Source of the DNA: Hydrogenophilus thermoluteolus
GTDB lineage: Bacteria > Pseudomonadota > Gammaproteobacteria > Burkholderiales > Rhodocyclaceae
Direction of reading: 5' to 3'
NCBI RefSeq assembly: GCF_003574215.1
Contig: NZ_AP018558.1
Location: 959,478 to 983,477 of the forward strand
Length of the DNA stretch: 24,000 nt
Position 1 is the first letter of the stretch. Each line of letters starts with the position of its first letter. Below are positions 8,000-15,814 of this stretch, piece after piece. The translations under genes and the position numbers were made by a program. Below the pieces are notes generated by a model. It was not told the DNA's origin, searched no databases, and saw only the letters and a program-made list of their open reading frames with translations.

Positions 8000-9472
8000 A
8001 TGACGATGCACGAATGGCTGAACCACTTGACGCAAACCCGGTGTTGGCAAACGAACGCCTATTGGGGTGGTGCGTGGCATCCGGGATCGGGCCGATTTCC
8101 AGTGCGGAACCCCGCAACCGGAGAGGTGATTGCCGAAGTGGCCGACTGTGGGCGCAACGAGACCGAAGCGGCGATCGCCGCGGCGGCGCAAGCCTTCCCC
8201 GCCTGGAAAAATGCCCTCGCGAAAGAGCGTTCGGCGCTGTTGCGCCAATGGCATGCGCGCATCATCGAAAACGCCGAACCCCTGGCGCAATTGATCACGC
8301 TCGAGTGTGGCAAACCGCTTGCGGAATCGCGGGGTGAAATCGCCTATGCGGCGTCGTTCGTCGAGTGGTTCGCCGAAGAGGCGAAACGGGTTTATGGCGA
8401 TCTCATCCCAACCCCGCAGGCGGATCGGCGACTCATGGCGTGGAAACAGCCCGTTGGGGTGTGCGCGGCGATCACACCGTGGAATTTTCCCGCCGCGATG
8501 ATCACCCGTAAGGTGGCTCCGGCGCTTGCGGTGGGGTGCACGGTGGTGGTGAAGCCGGCGGAGCAAACCCCGCTCACGGCTCTGGCTTTGGCGGCGCTGG
8601 CAGAAGCCGCTGGTTTTCCCACCGGGGTGTTCAATGTGATCACCGGCAGTCGGCCGGATGTGATCGGCGAGACGCTCACCGCGAGCCCGATCGTGCGCAA
8701 ACTCTCCTTTACCGGCTCGACCGAAGTCGGTCGCCTCTTGATGGCGCAATGCGCACCGACGTTGAAGCGCCTCTCGTTTGAACTGGGTGGCAACGCCCCG
8801 TTCATCGTGTTCGACGATGCTGACCTGGACGCGGCAGTGGCCGGGGCGCTGGCGTCGAAATACCGGAACGCCGGGCAGACGTGTGTCTGCGCCAACCGGT
8901 TGATCGTCCAAGAGGGGATCTACGACGCTTTTGCGGAACGGTTCGCTGCGGAAGTGGCCAAGTTGCGCGTCGGTCCCGGGTGGGAAGCGGGGGTCGCGGT
9001 GGGGCCGCTCATCGATGCTGCGGCAGTCGCCAAAGTGACGCGCTTGGTCGAAGAGGCGGTGTCTCGCGGGGCGCAAGTACGTTGCGGCGGGCATCTGCTC
9101 ACGGAATTGGGCAACCAGTTCTACGCCCCCACGGTGCTCACGAACGTCACCGCGGAGATGGCGATCGCCAGTGAAGAGATCTTTGGCCCCGTCGCGCCCA
9201 TCTACCGTTTTCGTACCGACGACGAAGCCGTCGTGCTTGCGAACGCGACCGAATATGGCCTTGCAGCCTACTTCTACGCGCGCGACGTGGGGCGCGTCTG
9301 GCGGGTAGCCGAGCAGCTCGACTACGGGATGATCGGGATCAACACCGGGATCATCTCGAGCGAGGTTTTCCCCTTTGGCGGCGTCAAACAGTCGGGGTTT
9401 GGCCGCGAAGGGTCGAAGTACGGGGTCGACGAATACCTAGAGGTGAAGGCGATCTGTCTTGCCGGCGTGTGA
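8000..9472 (+). CDS. gabD: Succinate-semialdehyde dehydrogenase, NAD(P)+-dependent (aldehyde dehydrogenase family)
   Basis: 490-aa ORF with ALDH motifs: FELGGNAP (catalytic Glu), GQTCVCANR (catalytic Cys), ITPWNFP and FTGSTEVG. The N-terminal pattern is GabD-like (NPATGEVIAEVADCGRNETEAAIAAA). The ATG at 8006 is an equally plausible start, because AGGGAG at 7993-7998 is better spaced for it. Confidence 0.8.
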   Translation: MTMHEWLNHLTQTRCWQTNAYWGGAWHPGSGRFPVRNPATGEVIAEVADCGRNETEAAIAAAAQAFPAWKNALAKERSALLRQWHARIIENAEPLAQLITLECGKPLAESRGEIAYAASFVEWFAEEAKRVYGDLIPTPQADRRLMAWKQPVGVCAAITPWNFPAAMITRKVAPALAVGCTVVVKPAEQTPLTALALAALAEAAGFPTGVFNVITGSRPDVIGETLTASPIVRKLSFTGSTEVGRLLMAQCAPTLKRLSFELGGNAPFIVFDDADLDAAVAGALASKYRNAGQTCVCANRLIVQEGIYDAFAERFAAEVAKLRVGPGWEAGVAVGPLIDAAAVAKVTRLVEEAVSRGAQVRCGGHLLTELGNQFYAPTVLTNVTAEMAIASEEIFGPVAPIYRFRTDDEAVVLANATEYGLAAYFYARDVGRVWRVAEQLDYGMIGINTGIISSEVFPFGGVKQSGFGREGSKYGVDEYLEVKAICLAGV

Positions 9473-9490
9473 TCGTTGTAGAACCCGAGT

Positions 9491-9498
9491 AAGGGAGG
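9491..9498 (+). promoter_or_regulatory. Strong Shine-Dalgarno (AAGGGAGG) for the 9503 ORF
   Basis: Read directly from the sequence; it lies 4 nt before the ATG at 9503. Confidence 0.5.
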
Positions 9499-9502
9499 AA
9501 CC

Positions 9503-10096
9503 ATGAGGGAAAGGAGCCGTAATGTGGGGTGTGGATCGGTCGGTTCGAGCAGAGGCAGTGCTTGGCGCGACCTTTGGGTGGGCGCGCTCGTTTTGACCCT
9601 GTTCTCAGGGGGTGTCACCGCATCGGGTCTTGAGCCCTCGACGCGCGGCGCTGCGCCGCTTGCTGAGGGTTCCGCGACCCTGTCTGCCGAAGCTGCGGCG
9701 GAATGGGAGGGGCGGCAAACGGTTACCGAAGCCGAAGTCGAGGCGGCGATCGCGACCCTTCGTTGCGGGCAAACCCCGTTCTTTTGGTGTGCCGGTGGGA
9801 TCGGCTTGGAGGAGCGGGTGGCGTTACAACGGCTCAGAGACCGTTTTACGGTCTGCGTCGAGTGGGCGCAAAAGGAGCGCCCTTACCTTGCTGAAGCGAC
9901 CTTGACCCTCGAAAACGACTCCGGCGCGGTGGTTTGGCAAGGCGGCGGGTTGGGGCCGCTTTGGTGTGCGCAGTTGCCAACAGGGCGTTATCGGTTGGTC
10001 GCCTCTGCGCTCCCAGTCGTCGAATATCCCCCTCAGGATCGCTGGGTCGAGGTGACGCCGCAAGCACCCCTTAGGCGCGTGACGTTTCTCTGGTAA
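9503..10096 (+). CDS. Hypothetical exported protein (signal-peptide-like N-terminus, 5 Cys, C-terminal beta-sandwich-like segment)
   Basis: 197-aa ORF preceded by a strong SD, AAGGGAGG (9491-9498). The hydrophobic segment LWVGALVLTLFSGGVTASG is followed by an Ala/Glu-rich stretch. I recognise no family. The tail LPTGRYRLVASA weakly resembles carboxypeptidase-regulatory-like folds. Confidence 0.55.
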   Translation: MRERSRNVGCGSVGSSRGSAWRDLWVGALVLTLFSGGVTASGLEPSTRGAAPLAEGSATLSAEAAAEWEGRQTVTEAEVEAAIATLRCGQTPFFWCAGGIGLEERVALQRLRDRFTVCVEWAQKERPYLAEATLTLENDSGAVVWQGGGLGPLWCAQLPTGRYRLVASALPVVEYPPQDRWVEVTPQAPLRRVTFLW

Positions 10097-11171
10097 CAGT
10101 CGCCACTGGTCGGAAAGAGGCGGCGATGGCGATGAGCTGCGCGGCCAAATCGGCGAACGTCGCCTCAGAGAGCGTGGAAAAGGAAAAGTGCGCCACGATC
10201 GGGCCCGACCAGGTGGCAAGCCCTTTGCGGTAACGGGGGTCGTAGTGGCGCACCATCAGGTCACGGTAGAGCGCGGCGAAATCGCCCCGATCGATCCATT
10301 GCTGCCAGTGCGCGAGCACGGCGTTCGGGACCACCCCTTTGAGGCGGAGCAACTGCGCCTTGAGGGTTTCGCGGTCGTGGCGCCAGAATCCGTACTCGGC
10401 CAAGACCAGCGACAGGCGTGCATCAAGCGGGGCTTCCAACGTGACGCGCGGCGCTGCGCGCATCTGCTGCCACAGCGTCTCAGGCAGGTGGCAGGTGCCG
10501 ATGCGGCGATTCTCCGCTTCCACGAAAACCGGTTGGGTGGGATCGAAGCGGCGCAGTGCGGACCAGAGCGCCGTCTCGAACGCTTTCTGGGTCGGTTGTG
10601 GCGCGCCGTCCGGCGCTCGCCCCAACAGCGAACCGCGATGGCGCGCCAACGCTTCCAAGTCCAACACCTGTGCGCCCAGTTGTGCCAGAGTGTGCAGCAG
10701 CTTCGTCTTGCCACAACCCGTAGGACCTGCGAGCACGAAAAGCCGCAACCGAGTCGGCAACGTATCGAGTTGCGCTAGGACATGACGGCGAAACGCCTTG
10801 TACCCGCCTTCGAGCTGCGCGGCGTCCCAACCAATCAACCGCAGCCAGGTGACGAACGCGCCGCTTCGCTGCCCGCCGCGCCAACAATAAACCAACGGGC
10901 GCCACGAACGCGGTTTGTCCTGAAACTGGTTTTCGATGTGGTGCGCGATATTTTTCGCCACCCACGCCCCCCCGATTCGCCGCGCTTCGAACGGGGACTG
11001 CTGTTTGTAGATCGTACCGACGATCGCCCGTTCCCGGTCGTCCAGCACCGGGCAACTGATCGCGCCGGGAATGTGGTCTTCGGCGTATTCGGCGGGACTA
11101 CGGGCGTCGATCACCGTATCGAACGCGTCGATCTCCGCTACCGAAACGAGGGGGGCAGTTTCGCGGGGCAT
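10071..11171 (-). CDS. selU: tRNA 2-selenouridine synthase (rhodanese domain plus P-loop domain)
   Basis: 366-aa ORF. The N-terminal rhodanese domain carries the active-site loop YCWRGGQRSG, and the P-loop is LAGPTGCGKTKLL. This is the diagnostic SelU/MnmH/YbbB architecture. It is divergent from selD. Confidence 0.9.
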   Translation of the reverse strand: MPRETAPLVSVAEIDAFDTVIDARSPAEYAEDHIPGAISCPVLDDRERAIVGTIYKQQSPFEARRIGGAWVAKNIAHHIENQFQDKPRSWRPLVYCWRGGQRSGAFVTWLRLIGWDAAQLEGGYKAFRRHVLAQLDTLPTRLRLFVLAGPTGCGKTKLLHTLAQLGAQVLDLEALARHRGSLLGRAPDGAPQPTQKAFETALWSALRRFDPTQPVFVEAENRRIGTCHLPETLWQQMRAAPRVTLEAPLDARLSLVLAEYGFWRHDRETLKAQLLRLKGVVPNAVLAHWQQWIDRGDFAALYRDLMVRHYDPRYRKGLATWSGPIVAHFSFSTLSEATFADLAAQLIAIAASFRPVATVTRETSRA

Positions 11172-11245
11172 TGGCGAACCATGGAGTGGACTCGGGTACT
11201 ATTATCGCGCAATTCGAACGGGTGTTTTCAAGGAGCGAGCTGGGA

Positions 11246-12301
11246 ATGACAGCAGCGGTACGGTTGACAGCGCTCGCGCACGGTGGCGGCTGCGGGTGCA
11301 AGATTGCGCCCGGCGTACTCGAACGGCTCTTGCGGGAGATTCCAACGGGGTGCGTTCCCCCTGAGCTCTTGGTGGGTTATGACAAAACCGACGACGCTGC
11401 GGTATGGCGATTGAACGAGACGCAGGCGCTCATCGCCACCACCGACTTTTTCCTTCCCGTCGTCGATGATCCGTTCGACTTCGGCGCGATCGCTGCGACC
11501 AATGCGCTTTCCGACGTCTATGCGATGGGGGGACGCCCGATCCTGGCGCTTGCGGTCGTCGGGATGCCCGTCGGAAAACTGCCCGAGGCGGTGATCGCGC
11601 AGATTTTCGCGGGCGGCGCTTCGGTGTGCCGCGAAGCAGGGGTGGCGCTTGCCGGGGGCCATTCGATCGACTGCGTCGAGCCGTTTTACGGCCTGGTCGC
11701 GCTGGGGCTGGCACACCCCCGGGAGATCAAGACCAACGCCGGGGCGCGGCCGGGCGACCAGTTGATCCTGACCAAACCGCTTGGGATTGGCATCCTCTCC
11801 GCGGCGCTCAAGAAGGGATTGCTGACTCCAGACGAATATGCGGAAATGCGGCGGTGGACCACCTGTCTCAACCAGGTGGGAGCCCGTTTGGCCGCCGACC
11901 CGGAGGTGCATGCGCTCACCGACGTCACCGGTTTCGGCCTGGCGGGACACGGATGGGAGATGGCGCGTGCAAGCGGTGTGGTGGTGCGTTTCCACGCAGC
12001 GGCGCTGCCGGTGTTGCCCGCAGCGCTCCGTTACCTTCGCGAAGGGATCAGCACGGGCGCTGCAACGCGCAACTGGCAAAGCTACGGCAACGCGATCGAC
12101 CTCTCTGCGCTGCCGGAAGCAAAGCGCGCCTGGTGGCAAGCGGTCGTCACCGATCCGCAAACGAGCGGTGGTCTTTTGATTGCGTGCGCCCCTTCTGCGG
12201 TGGAGCGGGTGTTGCGCGCGATCTCGGAGACGCAAGGCGGAGGTGGGGTGGTGATCGGTTCGGTAGTCGCCGGAACGCCAAAAGTTGAGGTATTGCCGTG
12301 A
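11246..12301 (+). CDS. selD: Selenide, water dikinase (selenophosphate synthetase), Cys-type
   Basis: I trimmed the track ORF 11171..12301 to the ATG at 11246, which has AAGGAG at 11230-11235. The N-terminus LTALAHGGGCGCKIAPGVLERLL is the SelD glycine-rich/Cys loop, with Cys rather than an in-frame TGA. AIR-synthase-like domains follow (DDAAVWRL, LSDVYAMGG, TDVTGFGLAGH). Confidence 0.9.
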   Translation: MTAAVRLTALAHGGGCGCKIAPGVLERLLREIPTGCVPPELLVGYDKTDDAAVWRLNETQALIATTDFFLPVVDDPFDFGAIAATNALSDVYAMGGRPILALAVVGMPVGKLPEAVIAQIFAGGASVCREAGVALAGGHSIDCVEPFYGLVALGLAHPREIKTNAGARPGDQLILTKPLGIGILSAALKKGLLTPDEYAEMRRWTTCLNQVGARLAADPEVHALTDVTGFGLAGHGWEMARASGVVVRFHAAALPVLPAALRYLREGISTGAATRNWQSYGNAIDLSALPEAKRAWWQAVVTDPQTSGGLLIACAPSAVERVLRAISETQGGGGVVIGSVVAGTPKVEVLP

Positions 12302-13332
12302 ACGGATCGGCGCATCGGGCGGTAACCGGTTGGGGGCGTCGCGCGCTGCTGTTAGCAACCCCGATCGTTCTGCTCTGGGGAACTGTCCTCTCCCTCAAAC
12401 TCACGCCCGCCTTTTTTGCGGGTGTGCTCACCTTTGGTGCCTCTCAGGCGATGACCCAGCGTTTTGCTCGCTCGCCCGCTTTTGCCCGCCATGCGCGTCT
12501 CTATTCTGCCGCGGTGGTGGCCGTGGTGACGCTCCTTTTGATCGTCGGATTGGTCGAGTTCGTCTTGTGGGCGCCGCAAGCGATCCCAAAGCTCTTCAAA
12601 CAGTTGGCGACCACGCTCGAACAGTTACGGGTTCTGCTGCCCGCCTGGGCGAGCTATCTGCCCGATTCGGTTGATACCGTGCGCCGCGAGGTGATCGTAT
12701 GGCTCAAAGCGAACGCAGCGGCGGTGCAGAGTTGGGGGCTGCACACCGCACGGGGGATAGGGTACGTGATCCTGGGGCTCGTCATCGGTGGGCTGGCGGC
12801 CGTTCAGGTTGCCTGGTCTAGCAGCGATGCCCCCAATCCCAAACCGCTTCCCCCTTTGGCGCAGGCCATTTTCGACTACACGCGCGAGCTCGTCGCCAGT
12901 TTTACCCAGGTCGTTTTTGCCCAGGTGAAGATCTCTCTGGTGAACACCGCGCTCACCGCCGTTTTTTTGGTGGGGATTTTGCCACTTCTAGGGCGAACGT
13001 TGCCGCTCACCCCAGTCCTGCTGGTCGTCACTTTTGTGGCGGGGCTGCTTCCTGTGGTGGGTAATCTCATCTCGAACACCATCACCACGTTGGTGGCGTT
13101 GAGCGTCTCGGTGATCGACGCGGTACTGGCCCTGGGTTGGCTCGTTTTCATCCACAAACTGGAGTACTTTTTGAACGCCCACATCATCGGCAACCGCATC
13201 CGCTCCCACGCGTGGGAGATTTTGACGATGATGGTGGTGCTGGAGGCGGCATTTGGGGTGGCTGGGGTGGTGAGCGCCCCCGTTTTCTTCGCGCAACTCA
13301 AATCGACCCTGCGGCGCGAGGGGCTGCTGTGA
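12298..13332 (+). CDS. AI-2E family transporter (PerM/UPF0118-like inner-membrane permease)
   Basis: 344-aa ORF with a GTG start overlapping the selD stop (GTGA, 12298-12301). It has multiple hydrophobic helices. The block LLPVVGNLISNTITTLVAL...FIHKLEYFLNAHIIGNRI is characteristic of the AI-2E/PerM family. Confidence 0.8.
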   Translation: MNGSAHRAVTGWGRRALLLATPIVLLWGTVLSLKLTPAFFAGVLTFGASQAMTQRFARSPAFARHARLYSAAVVAVVTLLLIVGLVEFVLWAPQAIPKLFKQLATTLEQLRVLLPAWASYLPDSVDTVRREVIVWLKANAAAVQSWGLHTARGIGYVILGLVIGGLAAVQVAWSSSDAPNPKPLPPLAQAIFDYTRELVASFTQVVFAQVKISLVNTALTAVFLVGILPLLGRTLPLTPVLLVVTFVAGLLPVVGNLISNTITTLVALSVSVIDAVLALGWLVFIHKLEYFLNAHIIGNRIRSHAWEILTMMVVLEAAFGVAGVVSAPVFFAQLKSTLRREGLL

Positions 13333-13349
13333 CAACAGACGCCCATCCG

Positions 13350-14075
13350 TCACCGCGACCCGGTGCGGCGCGAAAGTTCCTGACAGGGGATGAGCGGCGC
13401 GAGAGCAGGCCAGACCGTTTCGAGAAGGAGCGGCTGCGCTTCCGCGGTGGGATGGAGCCCATCGGCTTGGAACGCGTCACGGTTGAGCGCAATGGGCGCC
13501 AAAAGGAACGGAACGAAACCGGCGACCCGTTTTTCCGCTGCCAATTCCGCAAAGGTCGCGGCGAACGCTTCGCTGTAGTCGGGGCCAAGGTTTGGCGGGA
13601 TCTGCATGCCAACGAGTACCACTTGCGCGCCAGCACCGTGCGCTGCGTCGATCATCGCAGCCAGGTTTTCCCGCATCGCCGTGAGTGACAGACCGCGCAA
13701 TCCGTCGTTTGCGCCAAGTTCAAGGATCACCAACCGGGGCCGTTCGCGGGCGAGCAGTTTCGGTAGCCGCACCCGACCGCCGTGGGTCGTCTCTCCCGAA
13801 ACGCTGGCGTTGACCACGCGCCACTGCGGCGCGCAGGCGCGCAATCGTTCGGCAAGGAGATCGACCCAACCGTTACCGGCGCGCAGACCATAGCCTGCCG
13901 AAAGGCTGTCGCCGAAGACGAGGAGCGTAGGTGCCTCGTTACGCGGCGCTGAAGCACTGGTCGTGGTCGCCGGGTCGGGGTTGGCCAGCGCCAGACTGTT
14001 CGATAACCGGTTGAGGAACCCAACCGTTATCATCGCACTCAAGAGACGACGACGATTAAGAGAGCAACGCGACAT
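13350..14075 (-). CDS. tesA: SGNH/GDSL hydrolase, TesA-like thioesterase I / lysophospholipase L1
   Basis: I trimmed the track ORF 13350..14369 to the ATG at 14073-14075 (MSRCSLNRRRLLSAMITVGFL...ALA). The mature part has LLVFGDSLSAGYG (GDSL block I with the catalytic Ser), ELGANDGLRG (block III) and DGLHPT (block V, Asp/His). Confidence 0.8.
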   Translation of the reverse strand: MSRCSLNRRRLLSAMITVGFLNRLSNSLALANPDPATTTSASAPRNEAPTLLVFGDSLSAGYGLRAGNGWVDLLAERLRACAPQWRVVNASVSGETTHGGRVRLPKLLARERPRLVILELGANDGLRGLSLTAMRENLAAMIDAAHGAGAQVVLVGMQIPPNLGPDYSEAFAATFAELAAEKRVAGFVPFLLAPIALNRDAFQADGLHPTAEAQPLLLETVWPALAPLIPCQELSRRTGSR

Positions 14076-14759
14076 ATGATCGAAGCCATCCATCTCACGA
14101 AAACGGTCACCCTGCCGAGCGGAACCACCTTGACCTTGCTCGATGCGGTAGACTGTACCATCAACGACGGCGAGGCGGTCGCGATCGTGGGCGCCTCCGG
14201 TTCCGGCAAGACGACGCTCCTTGGCCTGCTCGCCGGGCTCGACCTGCCTACGAGCGGAAAGATCGTCGTCGATCGCGCCGATATCGCCACGTGGGACGAA
14301 GAGGCGCGCGCCCGTTGGCGGCAGCAAGCGGTTGGGTTCGTCTTCCAGGATTTCCAGCTCCTCTCCCACCTCACCGCGTGGGAGAACGTAGCGCTACCAC
14401 TCTGGCTCAAGGGCGACGGGAATGCGGAAAAGCAAGCCAAAGCGTGGCTCGCTCGTGTCGGTTTGGCCGAACGGCTCAGTCATCGCCCGGAGACGCTCTC
14501 CGGTGGCGAACAGCAACGCGTCGCGTTGGCGCGCGCTTTTGCGTGCAACCCGCGCTATCTCTTTGCCGACGAACCCACGGGAAACCTCGACGCCGCTACG
14601 GGCGAAACCGTGATCGAACTTCTCTTTTCTCTGCAGCAAGAGAGCGGGGCGACGCTCGTTCTGGTCACCCACGATCCGGCATTGGCCGCGCGCTGTCAGC
14701 GGGTATTGACCTTACAGCGGGGCAGACTCGTCGCGAACGACCATCCTTCACTGGGATGA
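14076..14759 (+). CDS. ybbA: ABC transporter ATP-binding protein, YbbA/LolD/MacB-ATPase-like
   Basis: 227-aa ORF with Walker A GASGSGKTTLL, a Q-loop, the signature LSGGEQQRVALARA, Walker B LFADEPTGNLD and the H-loop VTHD. The divergent arrangement with tesA matches the E. coli tesA/ybbA layout as I recall it. Confidence 0.8.
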   Translation: MIEAIHLTKTVTLPSGTTLTLLDAVDCTINDGEAVAIVGASGSGKTTLLGLLAGLDLPTSGKIVVDRADIATWDEEARARWRQQAVGFVFQDFQLLSHLTAWENVALPLWLKGDGNAEKQAKAWLARVGLAERLSHRPETLSGGEQQRVALARAFACNPRYLFADEPTGNLDAATGETVIELLFSLQQESGATLVLVTHDPALAARCQRVLTLQRGRLVANDHPSLG

Positions 14760-15728
14760 GAGCGCGGCGCGTACCGCGCGCGCGGTGGTCCAGCCACTAG
14801 CCACCGCGCTTTCCAGCCCGGGAAGCGCGCCGATGGGGGGCAACCAGTCGCCGGCAAGCCACAAATGGCTGGCGATGCGAACCGGTTTGGCAACCATCTG
14901 CGGAAGCGCCCGTGCGCTACCCCAGCGCAGAACCTGCGGCCACTGGTGCAGCCGCGCCGCTGTTCGGCCCAATTCAGCGGGCAAAAGCGGCGCTGCGTCC
15001 TGCGGTTCGGTTGCCACGACTACCGCTGCTGCGGTGAAGTGCAGTTGCCCGACCGTGGTCACCCGCCACCCCGAATCGCCGTGTGGGGTGAGCGTCATTA
15101 CTGGGGACGCGATCTGTACCACCTGTCCGAACAGACCGATCCGCCGCGCGAGCGCCACCGCAAACCATTCGCTGGCAGCTTCCGCTACCTGCCACGCATG
15201 TCTTTGCGGCGCCGAAAAACGCATGATGGCGCGAAGCAGCGGCGCGAGACGTGGCCAGGTCAGGGTTGTGACTGACTCTCCACACCATTGGGCAGCCAAT
15301 TGTGTGAGCGCAGCGCTGAGCGGCGCGGGCGGAGTGGCGATACGGAACCAGGCATCGAGCGGCGTATCCGGATGGCGACGCCCCCACGCCCGCAACCGCC
15401 AAAGCCAAAAGAGGGGGTGGGGAACGGGCGTTCCCTCGATTTTGGGCCAACCGGTTGCGGGGATTGACCACTGCTGCGTTCCGGCGTCATCCCCCCAGGT
15501 GAACGGAAGCGAACGGAGCGGTTGCAGGGAAAGCACACCCGTACGCATGAGTTGTTTCAACGTCGGAGCGGCGGCTGGGAAACGAAGCGCATTTTCTGCC
15601 AGTTCGGCGAGCGCCCCGCCCAGTTGCGCACGCTTTTCCAGTACGATCACGGAATACCCCCAACGCGCCAACCGCCAACCAGCGGTCAGTCCCGCTGCGC
15701 CCGCCCCGATCACGACGATTCGTTTCAC
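14748..15728 (-). CDS. NAD(P)/FAD-dependent oxidoreductase (amine-oxidase/renalase-like, short form)
   Basis: Track ORF 14748..15794. I prefer the GTG at 15726-15728, which has AGGAG 4 nt upstream and puts the Rossmann motif KRIVVIGAGAAGLTAGWRLARWGYSVIVLEKRAQLGG at the N-terminus. The C-terminal LWLAGDWL...GLESAVASG is the usual FAD-binding tail of this superfamily. The start codon is uncertain: 15785 and 15794 are alternatives. Confidence 0.6.
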   Translation of the reverse strand: MKRIVVIGAGAAGLTAGWRLARWGYSVIVLEKRAQLGGALAELAENALRFPAAAPTLKQLMRTGVLSLQPLRSLPFTWGDDAGTQQWSIPATGWPKIEGTPVPHPLFWLWRLRAWGRRHPDTPLDAWFRIATPPAPLSAALTQLAAQWCGESVTTLTWPRLAPLLRAIMRFSAPQRHAWQVAEAASEWFAVALARRIGLFGQVVQIASPVMTLTPHGDSGWRVTTVGQLHFTAAAVVVATEPQDAAPLLPAELGRTAARLHQWPQVLRWGSARALPQMVAKPVRIASHLWLAGDWLPPIGALPGLESAVASGWTTARAVRAALSSQ

Positions 15729-15767
15729 TGCGCTCCTTTTCGAGGGGTGATCGTTCCTGCCACACGG

Positions 15768-15776
15768 TGGTATGAT
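15768..15776 (+). promoter_or_regulatory. Candidate extended -10 promoter element (TGgTATGAT) for apbC
   Basis: TGGTATGAT lies in the 86-bp gap between the oxidoreductase (GTG at 15728) and apbC (ATG at 15815), about 40 nt upstream of the ATG. I saw no convincing -35. Confidence 0.3.
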
Positions 15777-15814
15777 CGCACGCATCGTTCGCATTCGACA
15801 AGGAGCCGCGCGAC

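Noticed and set aside
7736-9094. Long antisense or alternative-frame ORFs throughout the window. Examples: 7736..9094(-), 11228..12358(-), 14785..15750(+), 16085..16912(-), 18584..19348(-), 18826..20001(+), 19370..20203(-), 20292..21113(+), 21835..22647(-), 309..1136(+), 1192..1974(-), 2861..3610(+), 3237..3980(+), 6493..7206(+), 10188..10778(+).
   Set aside because: Each one lies opposite or out of frame to a gene with clear family motifs. Their translations are Arg/Pro/Gly/Ala-rich low-complexity strings with no recognisable motifs. Stop-free shadow frames of this kind are expected in GC-rich DNA.
9522-9596. A 24-codon ORF (MWGVDRSVRAEAVLGATFGWARSF) with its own AAGGAG (9511-9516), overlapping the 5' end of the 9503 ORF in another frame.
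   Set aside because: It is very short, has no recognisable features, and lies entirely within a longer ORF that has an even stronger SD. The second SD-like sequence is most simply a coincidence from the codons GAA AGG AGC. It cannot be supported without ribosome profiling.
11172-11245. Candidate -10 hexamer TATTAT (11200-11205) in the selU/selD divergent region.
   Set aside because: There is no acceptable -35 at a 16-19 bp spacing and no supporting conservation data. It is too weak to list as a feature.
11246-12301. I looked for selenocysteine recoding (an in-frame TGA plus a SECIS-like hairpin) in selD and the other genes, because selD and selU are present.
   Set aside because: SelD has Cys in the GGGCGCK loop, and all genes read through as uninterrupted ORFs. 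I saw no split ORF pair joined by a TGA.
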